NCBI GenBank assembly: GCA_017983435.1
Contig: JAGOBM010000007.1
Span: 1-45,366, forward strand
DNA: 45,366 nucleotides
Origin: Candidatus Moraniibacteriota bacterium
GTDB lineage: Bacteria; Patescibacteriota; Minisyncoccia; Moranbacterales; UBA1568
Direction: 5' to 3'
Position numbers and translations under genes: made by a program. Under the pieces are notes generated by a model, which was given only the letters and a program-made list of their open reading frames with translations, made no database searches and was not told where the DNA came from. Each line of letters opens with the position of its first letter. Within the stretch, counting starts at the first letter, position 1. Positions 1-7,140 of the stretch are shown here, piece by piece.

Positions 1-2
1 AG

Positions 3-212
3 CAATCAGGATCAGTATATGCTGATAGCCAGACTGAGTCCGAACAGATGATACGCGTCCGATTGGATGGGGCGACTCGTATGCTGACCGAAATCAGCAC
101 TCGTACTTCAGCCGGGGAGGCATGGCGCATCGTCTCTCTTTCTGCGAGTCCGGCAGCCAATATCGATGAGCTTATGCGGTTCCCGCTGGAGTACCAGAAA
201 ATGACGCTGTAA
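3..212 (+). CDS. 3' end of an unidentified CDS that enters from the left edge (69 codons, ...ELMRFPLEYQKMTL*)
   Basis: Frame 3 is open from the window edge to TAA at 210-212. A hairpin plus T-run follows. No family was recognised. Confidence 0.35.
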   Translation, partial: QSGSVYADSQTESEQMIRVRLDGATRMLTEISTRTSAGEAWRIVSLSASPAANIDELMRFPLEYQKMTL

Positions 213-246
213 GCCGGGAGGCCAGCGGTAATAGTCTCTCGAATCG

Positions 247-273
247 ACCGGCTCGGCAGGGCCGGTTTTGTTT
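247..273 (+). terminator. Putative intrinsic terminator
   Basis: ACCGGC(247-252)/GCCGGT(261-266) stem with an 8-nt loop, followed by TTTTGTTT. Confidence 0.45.
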
Positions 274-310
274 CGCGCGTCGCAGTTTCAAGAAGAGGTA
301 TATATGAGGT

Positions 311-1576
311 ATGATGAGAGGACCTATGCGAACAATCATCCGCGACATACTCCGAACATCCCAGTCGAGAACGGTGTTGCAACCGGCACTTTTTGGAGTG
401 CTTCTCATCGGTATCTTCGGTCTTCTCTGGTACGGATGGCTGTCTCTAAGGATACCTTCACCTGAATCCGTGGAGCCGGCGGCCCAAGTGGAGCGCGAGC
501 CGCTTCCGGTCGTGTATACTCCGCCTCCGGTCGAAGTGCGCGCCCATGAGAATGAATCCCGCTGGCCGATACTGCCGCCACCGCCTGATCCCAAGATGGA
601 GCTGATCAAGACCCGCGGCTGCGTAGCCGATGGATTGCTCAACGGATACGGCGGCGATGAGAAGAGCTCGGCGGCGATGATCAACCGCTCACAGTGCTAC
701 TATCTTCACCGGGCACTGGAGACCTGGCTCGAGCCGCCGGATTTCGATCGGGCGTACAGGCTTCAGAAGGAGATCACCAAGCCGAATACGGTCTATGGCA
801 TGTTTATCGCCGAAGCTATCGATACCAAGGCGGAATACGACAATCCCATCGAGGATCGGGAATTCGATTTCAAAGAAATGTGCCGCAAAGGGAGCAAAAA
901 TTTCTGGGGAGAGCATACTTGCAAGCCCTCGCTTGAGAACGCTGAATATCGGAAGTATCTCGAATATATCACGGAGCGGGCTATGGATATCGGCGTGCAG
1001 GTTTTCCTGTTCGGGCAGGTCTTCTATCAGGATGCGGCTGATCTCGATCGGACCCGTATGCCAGAAGTGATCGCTGAGATGCGCGAGTATGCTGAGTTCC
1101 GAGGGATGAAGATCTTCATCGGCGCGCAGACCAATGATATCCAGGATGAACACTATCTCCGGATGTTCGATTTCATCGAGGGAGGCGTCGGCATCAATCA
1201 GGATGGCTGGGTCGAGGAAGGATCATGCTTTTCACGCTGGTGGAAGCAGCCAGGGGATTGGTGCTGGGCGCTCCTGTGGCATCCAGAATACATTTCCAAA
1301 GCGAACAACGTGCTCGTGCATCTCGACTGGAGCGGAAAGATCGGTGATGATATGAGTCGTTTCGTCCGTATGGACAAGGCGGAACGTGAAGAGACGCTCG
1401 GACGGCTCCATCGGTATTTCGGCGACAAGCACGTCGGTTTCCTGATGCCGGTCATGGCTCGGCTGCATCGGGACAACGGCGGCTGCTATGGCGGCGACAA
1501 ACATTTCTATTCTGCCAGCCGGAAATATTCCTGCCAGGATGAGGACGCGATCAATACGATTCTTTCAGGCAAATAA
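311..1576 (+). CDS. Hypothetical membrane-anchored protein with a large Cys/Trp-rich extracytoplasmic domain (possibly TIM-barrel hydrolase-like)
   Basis: 421-aa ORF with an N-terminal TM helix (LQPALFGVLLIGIFGLLWYGWL) and a Pro-rich linker. Composition is protein-like. The family was not recognised and the start could be 311-326. Confidence 0.65.
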   Translation: MMRGPMRTIIRDILRTSQSRTVLQPALFGVLLIGIFGLLWYGWLSLRIPSPESVEPAAQVEREPLPVVYTPPPVEVRAHENESRWPILPPPPDPKMELIKTRGCVADGLLNGYGGDEKSSAAMINRSQCYYLHRALETWLEPPDFDRAYRLQKEITKPNTVYGMFIAEAIDTKAEYDNPIEDREFDFKEMCRKGSKNFWGEHTCKPSLENAEYRKYLEYITERAMDIGVQVFLFGQVFYQDAADLDRTRMPEVIAEMREYAEFRGMKIFIGAQTNDIQDEHYLRMFDFIEGGVGINQDGWVEEGSCFSRWWKQPGDWCWALLWHPEYISKANNVLVHLDWSGKIGDDMSRFVRMDKAEREETLGRLHRYFGDKHVGFLMPVMARLHRDNGGCYGGDKHFYSASRKYSCQDEDAINTILSGK

Positions 1577-1579
1577 TCT

Positions 1580-1894
1580 ATGGCTTTCATACGGAACAAA
1601 GAGGACTTTCTCTGCGAACAGTGCGGGGCGAGCGTGGTCGGGAACGGATATACGAATCATTGCCCACGGTGTCTCTGGAGCCGGCATGTCGATACGGAGC
1701 CGGGCGATCGGGCAGCGACGTGCCAGGGTATGATGGAGCCGGTGGCGGTACTGCCGTCAGGCGATGGGTATCGTATCACGCATCGCTGCGTCGTCTGTGG
1801 GCATGAGAAGGTGAATGACAGCGTAGCAGATGATCGATTCGAGGCGTTGCTCGGTATCGTCCGACAGAATCGGGATCGGATAATGAAAGGATGA
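1580..1894 (+). CDS. RNHCP-domain zinc-ribbon protein
   Basis: 104 aa with CxxC...TNHCPRCLWSRHVD...C...CxxC, which matches the RNHCP-domain signature. It lies 3 nt after the previous stop. Confidence 0.7.
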   Translation: MAFIRNKEDFLCEQCGASVVGNGYTNHCPRCLWSRHVDTEPGDRAATCQGMMEPVAVLPSGDGYRITHRCVVCGHEKVNDSVADDRFEALLGIVRQNRDRIMKG

Positions 1895-2442
1895 GTATGC
1901 TGTCACGCAGGCAATCCATAGGGTCTGGTCTCGGGGTAGTGCTGTTTGTATTGGTCTATGTCTTGGCGGCCCGAGAGCTCGATATCGATAGACGCTGGGA
2001 TGAATACCTGACGGTTGTCCCTCAGGAAGAAACGCTTTCCATCCGGGTGAAGCGGGTCATCGACGGCGATACGATCGAGCTGGAAGATGGTCGGAAAGTC
2101 CGCTATATCGGCATCAACACTCCGGAATCCGTCGATCCGCGTCGGAGCGCGCAGTGTTTCGGCACAGAAGCGTCGGCATTTAATCGCGAGCTCGTCGAGG
2201 GGAAGGCGGTACGGTTGGAAAAGGACGTATCCGAGACGGACAAATACGGCCGTCTCCTGCGCTTCGTCTATCTTTCAGACGGGACGTTTGTCAATGAGCG
2301 ATTGGTCAGCGAAGGGTATGCCGCTGCTTCGCCCTATACCCCGGATATTTCAAAAAAAGATTTCTTCAAAGCGGCGGAGATCCGGGCTCGAGAGGAAGGT
2401 AGGGGCCTCTGGTCTCCCGATACCTGTAATGGGAAGAAGTAA
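1891..2442 (+). CDS. Thermonuclease (staphylococcal nuclease/SNase-like), membrane-anchored or secreted
   Basis: N-terminal hydrophobic helix followed by VIDGDTIELEDGRKVRYIGINTPE...YGRLLRFVY...LV.EGYA, which is typical of the SNase fold. Its start overlaps the upstream stop (ATGA). Confidence 0.82.
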   Translation: MSMLSRRQSIGSGLGVVLFVLVYVLAARELDIDRRWDEYLTVVPQEETLSIRVKRVIDGDTIELEDGRKVRYIGINTPESVDPRRSAQCFGTEASAFNRELVEGKAVRLEKDVSETDKYGRLLRFVYLSDGTFVNERLVSEGYAAASPYTPDISKKDFFKAAEIRAREEGRGLWSPDTCNGKK

Positions 2443-2571
2443 AAAAAGAAGTGGTAGCAGGAGAGTGGTGCCGTAGCTACGAAAAATCCTCCCTAAAAGC
2501 CCTTTCATACCGCACTAGCGACATAGTCCGAAAAAGCTTTCAGTGGAGGATTTTCTCTGGAAAAGGGTTGG

Positions 2572-4308
2572 CTATTTTTTCTCCTGTATTTCTTGAGTCA
2601 GCAGCGTGATGAGATCAGTCAGCTTCAGTGCACCGATCTGGCCAGCGGCCCGGCTTTCGATGGAGAGTGTACCCTCTTCCATTTCTTTGTCACCGACGAC
2701 GACGAGGTAGGGGAGCTTGCCGACCTTGGCGTTGCGGATACGCTTGCCGAGCGATTCGCTTGAGGCATCGACAGAGACGCGCAGACCGGCCTGGGTGAGA
2801 TCGCGAGCGACCGTAGCGGCGTATTCCTGGTGGCGTTCGCCGATCGGGAGGATGCGGACCTGTTCCGGAGCCAGCCAGAGCGGGAAGTGACCGGCGGTGT
2901 GTTCGATGAGGATAGAGAGGAACCGATCGATCGACCCCATGATAGCGGCGTGGATCATGACGATACGCTCGTGCGCACCCTCTTCATTCACACAAGTGAG
3001 GTCGAAGCGTTCCGGCATGTTCATATCGAGCTGGATGGTAGCGACCTGCCATTCCCGACCGAGAGCATCCTGGGCCATGAAGTCGAGCTTCGGTCCGTAG
3101 AAAGCGGCTTCGCCGATGCCTTCAAAAGAATCGGCCTGCTTTTCGCGGGCGATACCCTCGAGTATCTCTTCCGCGGCCGACCAGAGGGCGGCGTCACCGA
3201 GATATTCTTCCGGGGTGGATGGATCGTGTTTCGAGATACGGACGCGCAGCATGAAGCCGAAGGAACCGTAGAAAGTATGGACGATGTCCCATACCTTGAG
3301 AAATTCCTCTCTGACCTGCGACATGCGGCAGAAGACATGCGCGTCATCTTGGGCAAATGAGCGGACACGGGCAAGACCGGAGAGCTCGCCGGACTGTTCA
3401 TCGCGGTAGCACATGGTCGTGTTGGCGTAGCGCTGCGGCAGGTCACGATAGCTCCACTGGCGACGGGCGTAGATCTGCGTGTGATGCGGGCAATTCATTG
3501 GCTTCATGGCGAACTCGTGACCCTCGCGGGTCGTGACGCGGAAGAGTTCATCTTTGAATTTGTCCCAGTGGCCGCTCGTGATGTAGAGATCTTTCTTGGT
3601 GATGTGAGGGATCTCGACGCGCTCATAGCCAGCGGCCCGGCGGAGCTGCCAGACATAGTCGTCGAGCGCCATGCGGAGCGCTGTGCCTCTCGGGGTCCAG
3701 AGCGGGAGTCCGGAGCCGACGAGCTCGGAGAAGGTGAAGAGGTCGAGCTCGACACCGAGCCTCTTGTGATCGCGCTTCTTGGCCTCCTCGATCTGGTGGA
3801 TATGGGCTTCGAGGGCTGCTTTGTGTGCGAAAGCATAGCCGTAGATACGGGTGAGCATCTTTTTGGTCTCATCTCCGCGCCAATAGGCACCGGCAACTCG
3901 GGTCAGTTTGAAAGCATCCGGACGCATGAGGGCGATGTCTTCGGCGTGTCCGCCACGGCAGAGGTCTTCGAAATCGCCGGAGCGATAGAGTGTGATAGCC
4001 TCTCCTTTCCCGACGATCTCATCGATGAGCTCGAGCTTGTAGGGATTCCGAGCGAAGAGGGCGCGGGCTTCAGACTCGCTGACCTCGCGGCCGCTGAAAT
4101 CCTTCCAGGTCTTGAGGATGATGCGCATTTCTTTCTCGATTGCCTTGAGATGTTCATCTCCGATCGGGGTGGTGAAATCGAAATCATAGTAAAAGCCATC
4201 ATCGATAGCCGGACCGATGGTGAGCTTGGTATCCGGATAGAGCCGGAGGACAGCAGCAGCCAAGAGATGGGCAAATGAGTGGCGGATAACCGGAAGTGAC
4301 TCTGACAT
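2572..4308 (-). CDS. thrS: Threonine--tRNA ligase lacking the N-terminal TGS domain
   Basis: The editing-domain motif HSFAHLLAAAV comes near the N-terminus, followed by the class II catalytic core and anticodon-binding domain. I place the start at the ATG at 4308 (MSESLPVIRH) rather than the 4404 ORF start. Confidence 0.93.
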   Translation of the reverse strand: MSESLPVIRHSFAHLLAAAVLRLYPDTKLTIGPAIDDGFYYDFDFTTPIGDEHLKAIEKEMRIILKTWKDFSGREVSESEARALFARNPYKLELIDEIVGKGEAITLYRSGDFEDLCRGGHAEDIALMRPDAFKLTRVAGAYWRGDETKKMLTRIYGYAFAHKAALEAHIHQIEEAKKRDHKRLGVELDLFTFSELVGSGLPLWTPRGTALRMALDDYVWQLRRAAGYERVEIPHITKKDLYITSGHWDKFKDELFRVTTREGHEFAMKPMNCPHHTQIYARRQWSYRDLPQRYANTTMCYRDEQSGELSGLARVRSFAQDDAHVFCRMSQVREEFLKVWDIVHTFYGSFGFMLRVRISKHDPSTPEEYLGDAALWSAAEEILEGIAREKQADSFEGIGEAAFYGPKLDFMAQDALGREWQVATIQLDMNMPERFDLTCVNEEGAHERIVMIHAAIMGSIDRFLSILIEHTAGHFPLWLAPEQVRILPIGERHQEYAATVARDLTQAGLRVSVDASSESLGKRIRNAKVGKLPYLVVVGDKEMEEGTLSIESRAAGQIGALKLTDLITLLTQEIQEKK

Positions 4309-4388
4309 AGATGCGGAGATTAAGGATTTTGAAGAGTGGATCAGTATAGGGATAGTAGCCCGGGAGAGCTGAGGAAAGCAAGTGATAC

Positions 4389-4417
4389 TTGACTTTTTAC
4401 TCAAAAAGTGCTATACT
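4389..4417 (+). promoter_or_regulatory. Sigma70-like promoter (TTGACT-17-TATACT) with an internal 7-4-7 palindrome
   Basis: TTGACT at 4389-4394 and TATACT at 4412-4417. The palindrome ACTTTTT(4392-4398)/AAAAAGT(4403-4409) lies in the spacer. Confidence 0.5.
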
Positions 4418-4423
4418 TTTATT

Positions 4424-4613
4424 ACTCAGTTCATGCAGTTTTTTCAGGGGTGGAGCCGGTTCTCTATGGATCCCCGTATCCGTACGAGCGAAGGAGCTCC
4501 TCCAAAGGGAGCGGCAGGTGCTGTTCGGACATCTGTCCGCTTCGGAGTCGCAGCTCGCCCGCTTATTTGCCCTGACGTCCTTGTCGCCCACGCGCGATGA
4601 GGACGTTTTTTTT
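4424..4613 (+). ncRNA. Candidate stand-alone structured RNA (~190 nt), family unknown
   Basis: It lies between a promoter and a plus-strand-only intrinsic terminator (ACGTCCT/AGGACGT 4575-4581/4600-4606 plus T8). The body is GC-rich with several hairpins and no SD-led ORF. Confidence 0.45.
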
Positions 4614-4639
4614 ATATCGAGAAATATGATGGGGAGCGG

Positions 4640-6115
4640 TTACTGCTTCTGCTCCTCGGTAGTCTGGATAGCGATATTGAGATCTTTCTTGAGCTCGAAA
4701 GACTGGGTGTATTCCTTGTCTTTGGTCTTCAGAGTAACGGTGACCGGTATGGTGCCGGTACCGGATTGCTTTTGGATGAGGAGACGGTAATTGTCCGGGG
4801 TGATCGTTTCGGGCAACTCGTATTCGATGCCGGTTTCGAGCTCGCGGCCGATGAGCGCGTCGACTTTGTAGCCGAACACCGTCTTGTTGAGATCGGTCGA
4901 GTCCTGACCGATGACACCGCCGGTATGGCGCCGGGACTGGTCGATGTATTTCGATCCGATCGGAGCGAGGATACGGGTGTAGGTATGGTAGTCGCTAGTG
5001 CGCCAGTCGCCGCGCGTGGCGGTGTGGTTGTAGGTATAGGAGACATTGGCCTTCGGTTTCTCGCCGGTGAAGTCGACGGTGTAGGCGAGCGAGCGCTTCA
5101 TATAGTAGTCGCTCTTGAGGGCACCGAGGTTGGCATCGACGACCATGAGATAGTCGCCCGTCCAGTCAGTCGTGACGCTGCCATCCCAGTGGACACTCTC
5201 CACCAGGGACTGCAGGGTATCATCATGGAAATAGAGCATGATGTCCTTGGTGCGGAGCTCGCTCTGGGCGAATTCGGCGAGCTTGGTGATCTGGTCGAAA
5301 TGATTGAGTTTCTCGATCATCTTGGCGGCGATGAGCTTCATGACGTTCTTGCGATTCTGCTTGTATTCGGCTGGGATATCGATATCTTCGTTCACGAGGA
5401 ATTTCTTCTCGACGGCCTCCTCGAGCGCGAGTGTGCCGTTCTCACTCGTGAAGGTCTTGGTCTCGGAGCTCTTGGCAAATGTGCCGGTAGCGGCATTGTA
5501 GGAGAAAGTCTCGACTGGGACCGTGATCGGACCGGTCAGCTCGAGCGCGTGGTTGAAGACATCAGCGTTGACGGCGATGACAGCGTCGAACTTCTCCCGA
5601 CCACCGCCGAGGCGATAGAAATATTCGGCCTTTTCTGCGTTGTAGGGGAAGTCCGGTGAGAAATTGGAATCATGGAGGAGCCAGCGCTTGGCTTGGGCGT
5701 AGCGCTGGAGCGGCCACGGTGGCGTGACCTTGATATTGGCGTCCTTGATGCGCTGATCGAGGAGATTGGCATCTTCGACGACCGCAGAGATGATTTCGGC
5801 ATTTTTCACTTTGACGACTGCGTACTGGCCGAGGAAGCCGCCGCCCGGGCGAAGCTCGTGGTTGTTCTGGAGGAGCACGAGGAAGACGCGGGCTTTGTCA
5901 TCGCGCAGAGTGAGCTCTTGGACCAGACGGTTGACGACCTCGATTTCTTTTTTCGTGTCCGGTTCGATCGGAAGGAGTTTGGAGACTTTTTCGAAGAGAG
6001 CGAGGGAGCCGACGGCGAATTCGGTCTTGTGGGATTTGATGGCCGAAAAACCGATCCAGCCGAGCAGGCCGATGACCGCGAGACTGATAGCGGCGATGAT
6101 GAGTCGTTTGTGCAT
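4640..6115 (-). CDS. DUF4012-domain membrane-anchored protein
   Basis: N-terminal TM helix and the LLQNNHELRPGGGFLGQYAVVKV motif characteristic of DUF4012. Confidence 0.72.
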   Translation of the reverse strand: MHKRLIIAAISLAVIGLLGWIGFSAIKSHKTEFAVGSLALFEKVSKLLPIEPDTKKEIEVVNRLVQELTLRDDKARVFLVLLQNNHELRPGGGFLGQYAVVKVKNAEIISAVVEDANLLDQRIKDANIKVTPPWPLQRYAQAKRWLLHDSNFSPDFPYNAEKAEYFYRLGGGREKFDAVIAVNADVFNHALELTGPITVPVETFSYNAATGTFAKSSETKTFTSENGTLALEEAVEKKFLVNEDIDIPAEYKQNRKNVMKLIAAKMIEKLNHFDQITKLAEFAQSELRTKDIMLYFHDDTLQSLVESVHWDGSVTTDWTGDYLMVVDANLGALKSDYYMKRSLAYTVDFTGEKPKANVSYTYNHTATRGDWRTSDYHTYTRILAPIGSKYIDQSRRHTGGVIGQDSTDLNKTVFGYKVDALIGRELETGIEYELPETITPDNYRLLIQKQSGTGTIPVTVTLKTKDKEYTQSFELKKDLNIAIQTTEEQKQ

Positions 6116-6254
6116 AAATGAGATAGGGCGAAACAGGATTCGCTTCGCTTGGTAATAAAAATCAAAGCCTCTCTAGTCTATCAAGCCCGGGGCTTCTTGA
6201 GAAGTCGGCATGCTTTACGTTTCCCGTCTTCATGCTACAATGGCGATGATTTTA

Positions 6255-6325
6255 GCGGGTATAGTATAGTGGTAATACGTGACCTTCCCAAGGTTAAGCG
6301 ACGGGTTCGATTCCCGTTACCCGCT
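6255..6325 (+). tRNA. tRNA-Gly (anticodon CCC)
   Basis: Hand-folded cloverleaf: acceptor GCGGGTA/TACCCGC, D stem GTAT/ATAC, anticodon stem TGACC/GGTTA with loop TTCCCAA, T arm ACGGG-TTCGATT-CCCGT, discriminator T. No CCA is encoded. Confidence 0.93.
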
Positions 6326-6405
6326 CAGTTAAGGGGCAGTTCGATTTTTACCCGCCTGGGGCGGGCCCGTTGCTCGCTCATCAAAAAAACGTAATATTGA
6401 AACAT

Positions 6406-7140
6406 ATGGACCAGAGCATAGGTCAGGCAGCCGTCAGTTTTTCATGGAAGGAGCCGATCGGGCTCGCGTTTGAGAAGACGAAAGAGAAGATCTGGTTCCT
6501 CTTGGGAGTACTTTCCGTCGCCTATCTGGTGCAGCTGGCGCCGGAGATGCTCGCGGCCGTGCTGTCGATTCCCGAAGAGGGGGGCGTCCGTTTCTTCTTC
6601 AATCTTATCAGCTGGATCTTGTCGGTCTATATGTCGGCCGGTATCCTGCGCATCATGCTGCGGGTAGTGCGTGGCGAAGAGACTCGCGTGGAGGATCTGT
6701 TCGCTGATCCGAAACTGATCCCTCATTATCTGGTCGCTTCGCTGCTCTACGGATTGATCATCTTTGCAGGTTTCCTGCTCCTGATCGTCCCGGGTGTCGT
6801 CTGGTCGCTCAAATACGGGATGTTTGGATACTTCCTCGTCGAGCGCAAGGCAGGTATCATGGACTCATTCCGGCAGAGCGCCGCGCTGACCGATGGGGCA
6901 AAGTGGCAGCTGTTTGCTCTCTCGCTTGTCACGATGGGTATCATTCTGCTCGGTCTCCTCGCGTTTTTCGTCGGTATTTTCTTCGCATTGCCGCTCGTGT
7001 CGCTCGCCAATGCGTATGCTTATATTCTGCTTGCCCGGCCGGCTGTCATGGAAGCGGTTCCTGAGTCGGCTCCGGTGACTCCGGAGACAGTGGTTCCGGC
7101 TCTAGAGATCGCAACTCCGGAACAGCCGAAAGAGAATTGA
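6406..7140 (+). CDS. Polytopic membrane protein (DUF975-like), Pro/Glu-rich C-terminal tail
   Basis: Several hydrophobic helices. I prefer the ATG at 6406 over the TTG at 6370. The family call is tentative. Confidence 0.6.
   Translation: MDQSIGQAAVSFSWKEPIGLAFEKTKEKIWFLLGVLSVAYLVQLAPEMLAAVLSIPEEGGVRFFFNLISWILSVYMSAGILRIMLRVVRGEETRVEDLFADPKLIPHYLVASLLYGLIIFAGFLLLIVPGVVWSLKYGMFGYFLVERKAGIMDSFRQSAALTDGAKWQLFALSLVTMGIILLGLLAFFVGIFFALPLVSLANAYAYILLARPAVMEAVPESAPVTPETVVPALEIATPEQPKEN

Noticed and set aside
2483-2555. 10-bp long-range stem AAAATCCTCC/GGAGGATTTT between the convergent nuclease and thrS genes.
   Set aside because: It is probably just part of a convergent termination region. The stem is short and the 53-nt loop shows no convincing further structure, so it is not reported as a separate RNA candidate.
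3481-4278. Long antisense ORFs nested inside confident genes. Examples: 3481-4278(+) in thrS, 4766-5659(+) in the DUF4012 gene, 7553-8917(+) in the LTD gene, 23810-24943(-) in the giant gene, 28780-29550(-) in the ABC ATPase, 31191-32111(-) in groEL, 35920-36720(-) over ndk, 41869-42882(-) in tuf.
   Set aside because: They are shadow ORFs. Their translations are low-complexity (Arg/Ser/Pro/Asp-rich) with no recognisable motifs. They lie exactly opposite genes with unambiguous family signatures and lack SD or promoter context.
4424-4613. Assigning the two stand-alone RNAs (4424-4613 and 11248-11441) or the 35680-35860 hairpin to SRP RNA, tmRNA or RNase P RNA.
   Set aside because: There is no helix-8-like GGUCC-GNRA-GGAAGCAGCC motif, no tRNA-like 3' end or tag ORF, and no GAGGAAAGUCC P4 motif. 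The lengths are wrong for tmRNA and RNase P. They are left as unknown; only a loose 6S-like shape is noted for 35680-35860.
4309-4640. Possible T-box leader upstream of thrS (minus strand).
   Set aside because: I read the minus strand of the 330-nt upstream region and found no T-box sequence (AGGGTGGTACCGCG-like) and no specifier or terminator arrangement. The only terminator here has its T-run on the plus strand.
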